From: Antedon mediterranea
Taxonomy: Eukaryota; Animalia; Echinodermata
Assembly: GCF_964355755.1 (NCBI RefSeq)
Contig: NC_092680.1
Coordinates: 21,151,045-21,215,044, forward strand
DNA: 64,000 nucleotides
Direction: 5' to 3'
Shown: positions 41,801 to 53,539 of the stretch, piece by piece
How positions within the stretch are numbered: the stretch's first letter is position 1
Layout of the letters: each line of letters starts with the position of its first letter
Program-made: the position numbers and the translations under genes
The notes under the pieces: generated by a model
The model's input: only the letters and a program-made list of their open reading frames with translations
The model's database searches: none
Told to the model about the DNA's origin: nothing

Positions 41801-44800
41801 GCTGTTAAAAATAGTTTTGAAGACTGTTTTTAGAACACTGTAAATAATTGTTTAAAATAATGATGCATTGAAATAGCTCTTATGTCAAAGATAAACAACA
41901 TAAGTACACTGTAATCATGTTTTCTTTAATTATTTTACTGTGAATACATTTATCACAAAATCAAGCCAATGAAACTATTATAAACTGGGGTGTGAGTGTT
42001 CCATTCAGATATTTGTAGAAAGGCCCCAACCTGGACCTATATTAACTTTTATTCAAAAATCTCTGTCTACTGTACACTATCAAACTTTATTTGACAAAAA
42101 TAGTGTGATGTGCCCAAATATGGTGGTGATGTGCACAAATATGGTATTGATATGACATCATCATGTCCATATATGGAAACATCACATTTTGTTGTCACAT
42201 AAAGTTTGATAGTGTAGACAGATCTTCACATGGGGATATTTCTTTTATGTGTTTTTGATGCCTGTGTATCTTTTCATATTTTTCAACCTGCCAGTTTATG
42301 ACGTGGGATACACAAGTGCAATTGCATAGTTATCTTTTATCATGATGGTAAAACTGAATGAAATTAACATCATTTAAAATTAAATCATTAACTAAATCAT
42401 TAATTATATCATATAAGTCATTAAATCCACAGCTGTTGAGCTATTTTGAGGTTTTCAATATGGCATTGGTATTAAATCGAATTGATCAAAATAGTATTAC
42501 CTGGTCCTAATATAGCTTAAAACTGACTAAACTTTCACAAATGGAAGAAATTATGGTTATTCTTAGTTCTAATTTTGTCACGCTTGACTGCATCTGTAAT
42601 TTGTTTCTTTACATTAAGCAACATTCCCATGTTGATCATTTCACATTCTCTTTAAAACAACACATTCAAAATGAATTTTTTTTTCTCAACAACATTACTA
42701 TAAGTTATAATGCAAACTCTTCAACAACAAACAAACCTAAGCCTATACTTGCTATTTGATTGGTGGATTTTGTATCACATGCTGTTCAATAATAGTTCTA
42801 TTGCACATTAAATAGTGTATGTGTTCAAAACCAACATATAATGTGCAACATCTATAGCTACTGTATTCTATTATGCAGCCAAAATCAGATGCTGCTAATT
42901 ATAAAATGTGTAAAATATTCCCCTCATCTTTATCATTTCAAAATGTATTTCATTTTAAAAGTATATTATCACTGAGCAGTTTCATTTCTGCTATGCCGCC
43001 CTGTGAATTAATATATATTTTAAACACATTTTATCGTAAACTACAGCGTCACATCCACAATAATATTGTATTGTATAATATTATTTGAAATCAAAGAGTG
43101 ATTTATGCTGCCATTATACTTCTTCTTCATTATTTTTAATATTACATTATGATAATATTATGAAAAGTAATATGTTGTAGTTTGTTTGAATAATGTGATG
43201 TAACATTGTATTGCTATAATACCTAAGGCAGCTTATAAATTACAGCCTAGTATTATCTTGTAGATGTCGTCAACAAAAAACTACAGTATAATGAAACAAC
43301 CCCAAGGCTGCTGTTTCTGATTAAATGTGTATTATTTTTAATTGTTTTATTGCTTCAAGGAAACTCATTATCATATCATTTCAAATATTGTAATTTTGTT
43401 GATATATCTATGGTTAAAACAGATCTCTTTATCTTTCAAGTATTCAACTATATTTCAATGAATACAACAATCCTCATAGAGATACACAGCAAAATTTGTC
43501 ATTTAGAATAACATTAATTGATAATCAATGTGTCTAAACATAGTCTAGTCTAGTTTTATACTATCTATCAATTAGTTAGGTTTGTGTAGCAGTTTGCTAT
43601 TCTACTTGTACTGTGACATTTACAAATAGTCAAATCAAACAATCAACTAGATAAAAAAGATTGCTCTGAATACTATTGTTATCAAGTAAAATGATTTCAA
43701 GTTTATGATAAAAATTGAACTGTATTTAAAACAACAAAATAATGAGTAAACATTTTAATTACATGTATAATGTAATTAATAGTATTAAATTACACTGGCC
43801 CACTTAAGACACTCGGTGCACGATGGGAATATATGGCACAAAATAGTAAAACATGCTATATCTAACTTTACAGCACAATTTTCTTTAAATAGCATTTATA
43901 TTTGTTTTTTTACAGAATGAGCGACAGTTAAAGAGGTTGAATGACATACTGCAAGTTGTCACCAGGTTAGTTGTTTAGAAATCTCTTGAAAAATAACCAG
44001 TTATGTATTCTTCTTTGTTGCCAAATGGCTGCAAACACTCCATGAATTGGCATGTGTTCCAGACTCTCCTCTTTCCTTAACATCTGTCTACACTATCGAA
44101 CTAGTTTGACAAAAAAAAGTGTGATGTACCCCAATATGGTAGTGATATGGCCAAATATGGTAGTGATATGACATCATCATGTCCATATATGTGTACAGCC
44201 ACATCAAAACCAGGCACTTGGTGAAATATATATTTTTTTAGTTGATACTATAATGGTATTCCTCACAATATATCCTTCAAAGATGTTTGGATCATTTAAA
44301 TCAAGCAAATATTCCCAGAGTTATGGCAATAAATGTATATAGCATTTATACAACAATTTACTTGTAATTACTGAGTAATTAACAGTCAAAGTTTAATGAA
44401 AAATCAGACAGGAAGTTGCCCCATGCTGTTACAGATTGAACAATTAAAACCTTAGCAACACTACCTTCTAGATAAACAATCATTCTGAAATTTGGCACAC
44501 TTATTCAATATAGTGTTTTCTGATATTCATGAAAATTTCATCAAAATCTGAGGTGGTTATCATAGTTAATTATGACGATTACAAAGTACCACTAATTTAC
44601 GTAAAATCTGTCAAATTCATTTATAATAGTGTAGTGTAAGAATAATACAGTAGGCCTACTACAGTAGTAGGTATTCAGGAAGATTTCCTTAGCTTATTAT
44701 TAGTTCTAAACAAATTTAAAAAAACAGCAAACATTTTATTAATGAACTTTATTCAATTTTATTTCTCTTTTTACTTTATTTTATCTGCTTTTTGTTCAAA

Positions 44801-46592
44801 ATGGCGCAGGGCACACAATCCCTCGTTTCTGGTCATCAAAATTCAATTACCAGTATTTTATTTGTGAGTGATTTGTATTGTACTGGTTTTTAGTGTTAAT
44901 GTTGTATGTAAGAGAAACTCAACAGTTCTTTTCAGACTTAATATACGTGGTGTACTGCAAACTCTTTATATCAACATTTGATATTGCCATGTAAACCTTC
45001 AAACAATGTTATGTATTCTATTGTTGAACCAGCACCTGGCCTGATCATGACAGATAGCCACACCCGTTAGCTTGAACAATGTTTTTAAGCATGATGAATA
45101 ACGTGAAATTTAGCCACGGTACCAGTATTTTATTTGTGAGGGATTTGTATTGTACTGGTTTTTACTGTTGTTAATGTTATGTAATACGTCTATTGTTGAA
45201 CCAGCACCTGGCCTGATCATGACAGATAGCCACACCCGTGAACAATGCTTTTAAGCATGATGAATAACTTGAAATTTAACCAAGGTACCAGTATTTTATT
45301 TGTGAGTGATTTGTATTGTACTGGTTTTTACTGTTGTTAATGTTATGTAATACGTCTATTGTTGAACCAGCACCTGGCCTGATCATAACAGATAGCCACA
45401 CCCGTTAGCTTGAACAATGTTTTTAAGCATGATGAATAACGTAAAATTTAACCAAGGTACCAGTATTTTATTTGTGAGTGATTTGTATTGTACTGGTTTT
45501 TACTGTTGTTAATGTTATGTAATACGTCTATTGTTGAACCAGCACCTGGCCTGATCATGACAGATAGCCACACCCGTGAACAATGCTTTTAAGCATGATG
45601 AATAACGTGAAATTTAACCAAGGTACCAGTATTTTATTTGTGAGTGATTTGTATTGTACTGGTTTTTACTGTTGTTAATGTTATGTAATACGTCTATTGT
45701 TGAACCAGCACCTGGCCTGATCATGACAGATAGCCACACCCGTGAACAATGCTTTTAAGCATGATGAATAACGTGAAATTTAACCAAGGTACCAGTATTT
45801 TATTTGCGAGGGATTTGTATTGTACTGGTTTTTACTGTTTATGTTTTGCACACACCCAGCCCATCATTGGCATTTTTTAAGCATAATGAAATTTAACCAA
45901 ATTGAAATAAATAAAGTAGCCCAGAAGTAGGCCTAGTATAGTAATTAAAGTAAAGCCTTCCAGGAGGCTTATTATACTATATAGGCCTAGAGAGGAAAAC
46001 TCTATCTTATTTTAATTGGGCTAGGCCTTGTTGTTTTTACTATTATTATTACTAGCTAGCTAGGCCTACTATCCCATGCAGCCTATCTAGGCTAGTAGCC
46101 CAGCGTAGTAGTAGGCCTAGGCTACCATTCATTTATTTTTAGATTCATGAACAAAATACCTATCGATACCCGAGTATAGAGGCTCAGATTTATGTAATTT
46201 TTACCACCTTTCCATTTGAATTAGTTAATAAGACATATATTTTTTAAATCTACGGTAAATTTCCTATCAGATAAAGGTAAAAAAACAAAATGGTCAAAAT
46301 ATGAGTTTCACACATTCAAATGCATTTTACACAAATCCCTATCTAGCGACAAGCGCCTGGTTTTGATGTGGCTGTACACATATATGATCTCCTTTTTTTG
46401 ACACATAAAGTTTGATAGTGTATACAGAGCTTTACCGTTCAATCCTTAATAATAATAAATATAAACCTTTCGTTTGACAGATCGCCGGTGTCGCCAGCTG
46501 GTAGCCCCCTGCGACAAGATCCTGCTATCCCCTCACAAGTACAATCTATCCCTGTGTACGAGATGACATTCCCTGATCTCTGTGTCTACTGA
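26880..46592 (+). CDS. EFR3: Protein EFR3 homolog (plasma-membrane anchor of the PI4KIIIalpha complex), 19 coding exons, ~824 aa
   Basis: Exons: 26880-26886, 27869-27945, 28380-28507, 29038-29188, 29822-29943, 30363-30506, 30769-30894, 31392-31606, 31923-32102, 32476-32745, 32865-33022, 33431-33592, 34041-34169, 34852-34919, 36326-36450, 37860-37948, 39154-39315, 43916-43965, 46481-46592 (2475 nt). N-terminal Cys cluster MPGCCHCIPACKPHYKRLVDSIFP, MEKLTFYA, IEEDTPSYHRRYDFFVSKFS, C-terminus IPVYEMTFPDLCVY*. Confidence 0.95.
26983..27195. repeat. CTAG/TAGGCCTA-rich low-complexity tract in EFR3 intron 1
   Basis: Dense overlapping CTAG, AGGCCT and GCTAGC palindromes. A similar tract lies at 45925-46125. 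Confidence 0.7.
28668..28953. mobile_element. Decayed Tc2/pogo-like MITE
   Basis: TA|CCGTATATCCTCAGGTATAAT left end and ATTATACCAGAGGATA right end. Internal GGTATA(G/C)TCCCA subterminal repeats. Confidence 0.5.
29946..30293. mobile_element. MITE family A copy, left TIR lost, 21-bp array expanded (EFR3 intron 5)
   Basis: About 13 x CACTACCATATTTAGGCATAT. Right TIR TGTAGACAGGGCT|TAA. Confidence 0.75.
34272..34490. repeat. 30-33-bp minisatellite x7
   Basis: TATAATACTACAGGGTATACTGTATTGTGA units. Confidence 0.9.
36120..36275. repeat. 26-bp minisatellite x6
   Basis: GTATATACTGTACATTCCCCAGTACA units. Confidence 0.9.
36460..36960. repeat. Degenerate ~14-19-bp minisatellite
   Basis: GTAGCCATTTTGTTTCCTT and variants. 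Confidence 0.85.
37998..39105. repeat. 21-bp minisatellite, ~1.1 kb, filling EFR3 intron 16
   Basis: TGTTCCTATATCTCCTTAATT and variants. Source of the spurious 401-aa and 387-aa ORFs. Confidence 0.95.
39892..40135 (+). mobile_element. 3' end of an L2/CR1-group LINE
   Basis: Residual ORF2 C-terminus YVPGRTLRSSD...FSFAAPTLWNS...IKHCSSVALFKKLLKTHFF, short 3' UTR and (AAT)n tail. Confidence 0.75.
41143..41305 (+). mobile_element. Probable retroposon 3' tail (hairpin plus (TTGAACT)n)
   Basis: Hairpin GGGGTCTTTCTC...GAGAAGACCCC (41143-41190), AATAAA, then TTTGAAC x3. Confidence 0.4.
44190..46380. mobile_element. ~2.2-kb non-autonomous TIR DNA transposon inserted into a family-A MITE (EFR3 intron 18)
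   Basis: TIRs TGTGTACAGCCACATCAAAACCAGGCACTTG and CAAGCGCCTGGTTTTGATGTGGCTGTACACA (1 mismatch). Host MITE halves at 44080-44189 and 46381-46431. No transposase ORF. Confidence 0.8.
45007..45840. repeat. 166/172-bp satellite-like tandem repeat x~5 inside the 2.2-kb TIR element
   Basis: GGTACCAGT recurs at 45118, 45284, 45456, 45622 and 45788. Confidence 0.9.
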
Positions 46593-46626
46593 GAGAAATT
46601 CATGATCTTCAAATGAAATTAATAAG

Positions 46627-47105
46627 GTAAAAGAAATTGCGCTTGTGACCAGTTGAGCCGTAAAAGAAATTGGGCTTGTGACCCGTTGAGCCGTAAAAGA
46701 AATTGCGCTTGTGACCCGTTGAGCCGTAAAAGAAATTGCGCTTGTGACCCGTTGAGCCGTAAAAGAAAATTGCGCTTGTGACCCGTTGAGCCGTAAAAGA
46801 AATTGCGCTTGTGACCCGTTGAGCCATAAAAGAAATTGCCCTTGTGACCCGTTGAGCCGTAAAAGAAATTGCGCTTGTGACCCGTTGAGCAGTAAAAGAA
46901 ATTGCGCTTGTGACCCGTTGAGCCGTAAAAGAAATTGCGCTTGTGACTCGTTGAGCCGTAAAAGAAATTGCGCTTGTGACCCGTTGAGCCGTAAAAGAAA
47001 TTGCGCTTGTGACCCGTTGAGCCGTAAAAGAATTTGCGCTTGTGACCCGTTGAGCCGTAAAAGAAATTGCGCTTGTGACCCGTTGAACCGTAAAAGAATT
47101 TGCGT
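46627..47105. repeat. 33-bp minisatellite x~14.5 just 3' of the EFR3 stop
   Basis: GTAAAAGAAATTGCGCTTGTGACCCGTTGAGCC units, head-to-tail with no spacers. Confidence 0.95.
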
Positions 47106-48201
47106 ATTTAGAAGACCCTGAACCTTTTGCAATGCAAATAAATGTATGCAAACATTCAGCATTAATATATTATACATTAATATTCACTTTGACATTGAAA
47201 TGTGTTGAGTGTATCCTTGACTTATACCAACAATGTATGCTTAATGTCAGTAAGCTCATGCTTATTAAAAGCCAACTGTGTATTCTTGTATGCGTATTAT
47301 GGTTCTTAAATGTAATTAGAATCTCAACCTGTACATGGCCACTGTATCAACTCTTTTCAATAGTGTACCAAGTTCTTTTATTTCACCAATGTCATCTGTA
47401 GCACGCACATTAGCATTAATGTTTTATGTTTCATTTATTTATTTATTTATTTGATTAGTCTTTATAATACAAATAGCAAATCCATATAACCAAATTCTGC
47501 ACAAAGTTTTTAATATATAATCAAATTTCTACGTTGTTTTCTGAAGCTAATTTTTTAGACGACTAGATGGGCTAACACATTCATTCCATTCATAGGTGGA
47601 TCCAGGGGGAGAGGTCCCAAATTTTAAATATTCCAATGCAATAGATGAAATAATTGGTTAAGTTCAAAACTTCATTTGACAATTGTTAGGCCATATCTTC
47701 CTCTCATTGATTTCAAAATTGTTTTATCCACCACTGATATTTGACATTTTTACAAACTTGTTTGTATGACTTGGTTTTATATATTCTCACTAACATCTTA
47801 TAATAATTTAATTATTTTTTATCGTGAAAGTGTTTTTATTGTACACATATATAGACACATTATAATTTTATTGTTAATTGCTTTGATGTTTCCACACTTT
47901 TTTGATAGCGATTTAAATTGTATATATTGAATTTTATGTTTTTGAGTATACACCTTTTATAGTTTGAATATTTATAATATATAATTATGTAAAGAAATAT
48001 TTACATAGCATAATATTCAGTCGGATGTATAATTAACCAACATTTATCGCGCATAATAAAAGTTGTTGCTAGGAAGCTGGTAAATTATCATGGGAGAATA
48101 CAACTGATTGATTGTCCAATCACAAGCAAGGGTATCATTTAAACATTATGCAAATGAACCAATCAACACTATTCATATGTTTGCATTATACTTGTGTCAG
48201 A

Positions 48202-48246
48202 TATAGGTTATAGGTTATAGGTTATAGGTTATAGGTTATAGGTTAT
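48202..48246. repeat. (TATAGGT)n microsatellite
   Basis: About 6 perfect 7-bp units. Confidence 0.85.
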
Positions 48247-48343
48247 ATATTATCATATTGGTGCTACATTTTGGCACTGTCGTATATATACAATATGCAT
48301 TTGTATATTTGTGTACAGCAGCAGCAACAGCAATAATAATAAG

Positions 48344-48593
48344 GTGTGATGTGCCCAAATATGGTAGTAATATGTTTAAATATGGTAGTAATATGTTTAA
48401 ATATGGTAGTAATATGTTTAAATATGGTAGTAATATGTTTAAATATGGTAGTGATATGTTTAAATATGGTAGTGATATGTTTAAATATGGTAGTGATATG
48501 CTTAAATATGGTTAGTGATATGACATCATCATTTCCATATATGGGCACATCACATTTTGTTGTCACATAAAGTTTGATAGTGTAGACAGAGCT
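48344..48593. mobile_element. MITE family A copy with 21-bp array
   Basis: About 7 x AAATATGGTAGTAATATGTTT. Right TIR GTTTGATAGTGTAGACAGAGCT|TAA. Confidence 0.75.
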
Positions 48594-48915
48594 TAAAGCT
48601 ATCTAAATGTGTATAATATGCTCATAATAATATAATAGAAATACAATTATTGTTATAATAGTCACATAAGGAAATGGTATTTTTTTTGTGTTTTTAGTAA
48701 TATTAACTGATATTAAAATGAAACGCAATACAATTTAGATAATAGTAATACATTTCTAATGTCATTTATGAGCGATTTGAGCGTCTTTTTCAGCCATTTA
48801 TTATCTCTTAAACATAATAACTACAGCCACTAACTAGACTATATTTGTGCAGGTTGTGTATGATATTATTATTATTATTATTGTTATTGTAAACTCTCTC
48901 TTGCTGTGTCCATAA

Positions 48916-49497
48916 TGCTTGGTTCTCACTAGAGATGCAACACATTGACGTAACGCGACGAAAGTGAATTGACCAATCACAAGCGATGGTTTATTCCCTT
49001 GTGATTGCTAAAGCGTGGTTCCCACTAGCGACGCAACACAAGAACGTAACACAAGAACGTAACGCAACGCAAGTGAATTGATGGCTTATTCACTTGTGAT
49101 TGCTAACTGTCTATAACTTCGCTTGTCATTGGTTAAAACGCTTGCGTTGCGTTTACGTCCTTGCGTTACGTTCTAGTGGGAACCAAGCTTGACTGTCTAT
49201 AACTTCGCTTGTCATTGGTAAAAACGCTTGCGTTGCGTTTACGTCCTTGCGTTACGTTCTAGTGGGAACCAAGCTTTACCTAGGGACTATGACGTAAAGT
49301 GTAATACATGCGTTGTATAGCGTGGTTCCCACTAGCGATGCAATACAAGGACGTAACGCAACGCAAGTGAATTGACCAATCACAAGCGATGGCTTATTCG
49401 CTTGTGATTGCGAACTGTCTATAACTTCGCTTGTCATTGGTTAAAACGCTTGCGTTGCGTTTACGTCCTTGCGTTACGTTCTAGTGGGAACCAAGCT
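48916..49497. mobile_element. MITE family B cluster: outer 48916-49275 containing nested 49012-49189, plus adjacent copy 49319-49497
   Basis: Inner copy interrupts the outer at GTGATTGC-TAA, and the outer resumes TGA-CTGTCTATAAC. More diverged family-B copies at about 53303-53430, 56141-56422, 57177-57300, 59100-59210, 60271-60430, 61211-61346. Confidence 0.85.
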
Positions 49498-50886
49498 TTA
49501 GTAAAAGGCTGTAGAATGGTTGTCATGCATTGGCAGAGTATAATCTGTATGGTACTGTAAATGCGAGTGATTGCATTCCTATTGAAGTTATTTAAAGTTC
49601 AATAGAGAATGTACGCTTTGTTCTCACTATCATGAAACGCAATGTGACGAACATGCAACGCAAATAATTTGACCAATCCCAAGAGACGAATTATCCGATC
49701 TGTCGTTCTCGTGATTGGTTAGCGCGTCGCGCGTACTAGTGGGATAAAATACAATATATGACGAAGAACGTGCTTATCAGATGTAAGCCTAATTGCTATA
49801 GGCAATTATTCCCGTAGGGCAGAAAAACTAATTTAATTTATCTAGTATGGAGTCACACATAAATTTACATTGTGTCAGCCTCAACAGAATGTAACGTTCC
49901 TGGCTCTCATGTTCTGATCCGTAACATTTCGTCATTACATTAATGATGTGATTTATCCAAGTGAATTCCAGATGAACTCCAGATGACCTATGAGAACCAG
50001 GATGTAATGTAATGTGTCTTGTGAATGTAAAACAACACGATCTATTAGTTAGTATGCACGGTTGTAGACGAAATAGCCGTATCATAATGTACAGTGCAAT
50101 ATAAAAGTCTTATTTCAACCGTAATTATTGTATTAAGATGTCTTTTATACGTCTCCTCCAAACGTAGTCTCATTTATCACATTTGCCGGTCGTAATTACC
50201 AAACGTCAATTCCAGATTTGTATATTAAAATGAATGATGTGCTGGTTGTGTTGTAGCATTAACGAATATCAATCTCTGTATTAAAAATACGTGCATCATA
50301 ATAATTGCTAACAAACTCGCCCCTGTTGCATTACTAAATGTTCTGTAGGCTGCAATATAGCATTCTGTATGGTCATTGTCTAAAGCCTATAAGTTCTTAT
50401 TGATGAGAATATTGTCAAAGGATCTTTGTTATTTAATCAGGGATTTAGTTGATCCGGTTTAATGTTTTACTAATCCAGATAAAGGTCCTTGTTAGGATTA
50501 GCAAGATTTTAAACATTAGCACGATGACAACATAATGTTCGTACAATCTATGTTCAATAATGTTGTCGCCATCATGCTCATCCTCTTTTTAATTTATTTC
50601 CGAATGTTTTAGGAAAATCATTCTATGTGGTTTCGATTACTTTGGCACCATTTGTTTTGTTTCACTGACTGTAAGATGAAGGCGTTCAAGTGTGAACGTT
50701 TCAGTATCTAAATTGTCTGTCCATATTAGCGGAAAGAAATTAACACTCGTGTCGTATACACAATGTAGGCTTATGTTTCCTATCGACGACATTGAATTAA
50801 TATTGCTTTTACTTATGTGAAACGGTAAAGGACGTAAAGCAAGGACTGAGTAAGCTGACCAATGACAAGCAACGAAATCAACTTCG

Positions 50887-51004
50887 TCATATTATCATCG
50901 TCATTATCATCCTTTGCATCATCATCATTGTCATCATCATTATTATCATCATCATTGTCGTCATCACCATCATCGTCATCATTATCGTTATCATCATCAT
51001 CATC
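50887..51004. repeat. (CAT)n degenerate trinucleotide repeat
   Basis: Directly visible. Gives spurious poly-D and poly-H ORFs. Confidence 0.85.
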
Positions 51005-51732
51005 TACAATATGTATACAATTGGTATGACCAATCAAAAGCGATGGATTATTCAAACCGTGGAAAAAAACATGAATCTATGGTGAAAATGACACAAAATT
51101 GGTGTTTGTACCACGTAGATTTTTATACGAATGTTAGCTATCTGTACTGTATTGTTGAGTTATATAAGCAAGCAGAAAATATTATTAGAGAAAACAACAA
51201 AACAAGCTATCTAATAAGATTGTACAATAACTTTATAAAGGTGGACCGAAAGTAGGCCTACTTGATAAAACATAGCCAGGTGAGCAGTAGTGCAATAACA
51301 GCAAATAGAATGCTAAAATATCTATATCATAATAATATTGTCACATTTCAATTATTGAATCCTTGTTGTATTATCACATCGTTCGTTTTTGCAACTTTCC
51401 AGCAGTGGCCTTTACACACGCAAAATGTCAATGCCATCATATTATAATAATAAGTTTCAATATAGGCTCATATATCGATTTCAAATCTCTCTCAAATTGC
51501 TTTTTGTTTTCACTTTACACTTAACGAATCCATAAGCACACATTAATTAGTGATAAGTAGTAATTAAAGAATAATGAAAACATCAACAATGTGTAATATT
51601 ATCCATATTATGTACACATTATAAAAACGTTTTTTTAATAATTTAATATAAACAAGCACGAATGTGCAATACTCGGGGTACAGCGAAAGAAGCTGTATAC
51701 AGACGTATACAGTTAGAAAGTTAAAGAAAAAT

Positions 51733-51804
51733 AGGTTTCGCCAGGGCTCGAACCGGGACCTTCTGCGTGTTAAGCAGACTTGACAACCACTACACTACGA
51801 AACC
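51733..51804 (-). tRNA. tRNA-Val(AAC) gene, probably degenerate
   Basis: Reverse complement GGTTTCGTAGTGTAGTGGTTGTCAAGTCTGCTTAACACGCAGAAGGTCCCGGTTCGAGCCCTGGCGAAACCT. Acceptor and anticodon stems intact, anticodon AAC, T-run downstream. D-stem mismatch and a short or mismatched T-arm. Confidence 0.7.
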
Positions 51805-52014
51805 TCTTACATTGAAATTGTGGGTTACAGAAAGTTTTTTAATCCATTTAAATTACAAATAAATGGTAATAAGCACAAAGCAAAATAAACATGTGTAAAA
51901 GTGATAATTACCGATTAAACAAAATAAGTATTTTAAAAAATAATAATAAGATATACTGTGTATAATTATCATATTGCGTATACAGTACTTTTCACCATAA
52001 AGTTTAAAAAAAAA

Positions 52015-52086
52015 GGTTTAGCCCGGGCTCGAACCAGGTACCTTCTGCGTATTGAGCAAACGTGATAACCACTACGCCAAGAAGCC
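52015..52086 (-). pseudogene. tRNA-Val-derived pseudogene (anticodon loop mutated to AAT)
   Basis: Reverse complement GGCTTCTTGGCGTAGTGGTTATCACGTTTGCTCAATACGCAGAAGGTACCTGGTTCGAGCCCGGGCTAAACC followed by a long T-run. Clearly paralogous to 51733-51804, with a broken acceptor stem. Confidence 0.7.
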
Positions 52087-53539
52087 GCATATAACCATAT
52101 AACTACATAACGCTGTGGTGTGTGTCACACATTGTGGATTCTTAATTAAACAAATTAATTAACAAAAAATTAAAAATCCGGCTCTATAGCTTTGAGGACA
52201 TGTCCCTGTAGTATGTTCATGCCAAATCCCAGCTCAATACTACAACTAATAAGGGAGGAGTAGTACTTTAAAAATCGCACTTTTTACTCAATAGTGTCCA
52301 GATGGTGGAGGAGAAAATGAGTAAGTACTAGACTCGGGTACCCCGAGTAAAAATATACTGCAGAATTCCTGAAAAAAAAAAACAGGATACATGGGTGATA
52401 TGCATACAGCAAAATAGTAAACCAGCGTACATTGTGATAATGTAAAACTGATTATTAATATATGATTACGAGAGGTAATGATCGATGACACTTGGAATTG
52501 GTATATATGCGATGATGATGATGAAGATGATTTTCCATGAAATAAAACATTTACATAATGTCTTTCTAGTGTTATTTATTTAATTGCAATTTTCCGTCCA
52601 TAATGAACTTCTTCATAGAAAATAGAAAATGATTCAGTAAAGATAACAATAATCAACTATTTTAAGTGACTTTTTAGAGTTTTTGTTCAATTTTTTCTTT
52701 CTTTTGAGTCGAAATAATATTAAAGTCTTCCAGTTTATATGTTAATACTTTTCGAAAAACAACTGGGTGTGATAATATCTTAAAAAGTTGGAGTTCTGTA
52801 ACGACCAGACGTTCTAGTAATTGGTTTTATGTACGTCTTCCGTCCAATAAGATAAGAATAAATATAAGTATGTCGTTTTTTAAGCTATGTCTACACTATC
52901 AAACTAGTTTGATAAAAAAAGTGTGATGTGTCCAAATACGCTAGTGATATGACATCATCGTGTCTATATTGGCACATCACATTTGATAGTGTACACAAGG
53001 CTCAAGAACAAACAAATGTCTGACAAAAAGTAAGCAAATACCAATATTACTATATTATATCATACTAAACATATCAGCAAGTACTGCAATGTTCATAGTC
53101 AGATCCGGAAATTCCACATACAGTAGGGGATATTTATAAAAATTAAATATTATTGTATAATAATAAAAATTGAAAACTATGATATTAATAAATTAACAGG
53201 CAACAAATTTTATGATATTAATAATTAATATTTTGTTAATTTTTCTTGCTGGTTTCCAATCCCAATATGTTTATGCTACACTGTATATGGCGTTGTTTGT
53301 TACGCTTGGTTCCCACTAGAGATGCAATGCAAGGACGTAGACGCAACGCAATCAAGTTGACCAATGACAAGCGACAGTTCGAATGATCCATCGCTTGTGC
53401 GCGCTTACGTCCTCTAGTGGGAACCAAGCATATAACTTAGAACGTAATGCATACAGGTTTTATAAATACATTGTAAGCTCAATGTCAATGTTTATTGCTG
53501 GTACCGGTGGAACAGTGTATTATGTACGGTACTTGATAA

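Larger units (their letters stand above)
51651..52350 (-). mobile_element. Non-autonomous Helentron/DINE-1-like (HINE) element carrying two tRNA-Val copies
   Basis: On +: AACAAG start, hairpin GCAC-GAAT-GTGC, 12-bp subterminal IR TACTCGGGGTAC (51670-51681). Its perfect inverse GTACCCCGAGTA (52338-52349) lies in the terminal palindrome CTAG-ACTCGGGTACCCCGAGT, followed by an A-run. Same layout as the DINE-1 reverse complement. Confidence 0.6.

Noticed and set aside
44190-46380. Transib/ProtoRAG-type element
   Set aside because: The ends do not begin with CAC or an RSS-like heptamer, there is no 5-bp TSD and no RAG-like ORF.
46627-47105. 33-bp repeats as a CRISPR array, and ORFs 46533-47177, 46609-47151, 46786-47121 as proteins
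   Set aside because: Head-to-tail units with no unique spacers, no cas genes and a eukaryotic context. The ORFs are by-products of a unit length divisible by 3.
48202-48246. Interstitial telomere repeat
   Set aside because: The unit is 7-bp TTATAGG, not TTAGGG.
50813-51255. Poly-Asp and poly-His ORFs
   Set aside because: (CAT)n microsatellite with no splice or homology support.
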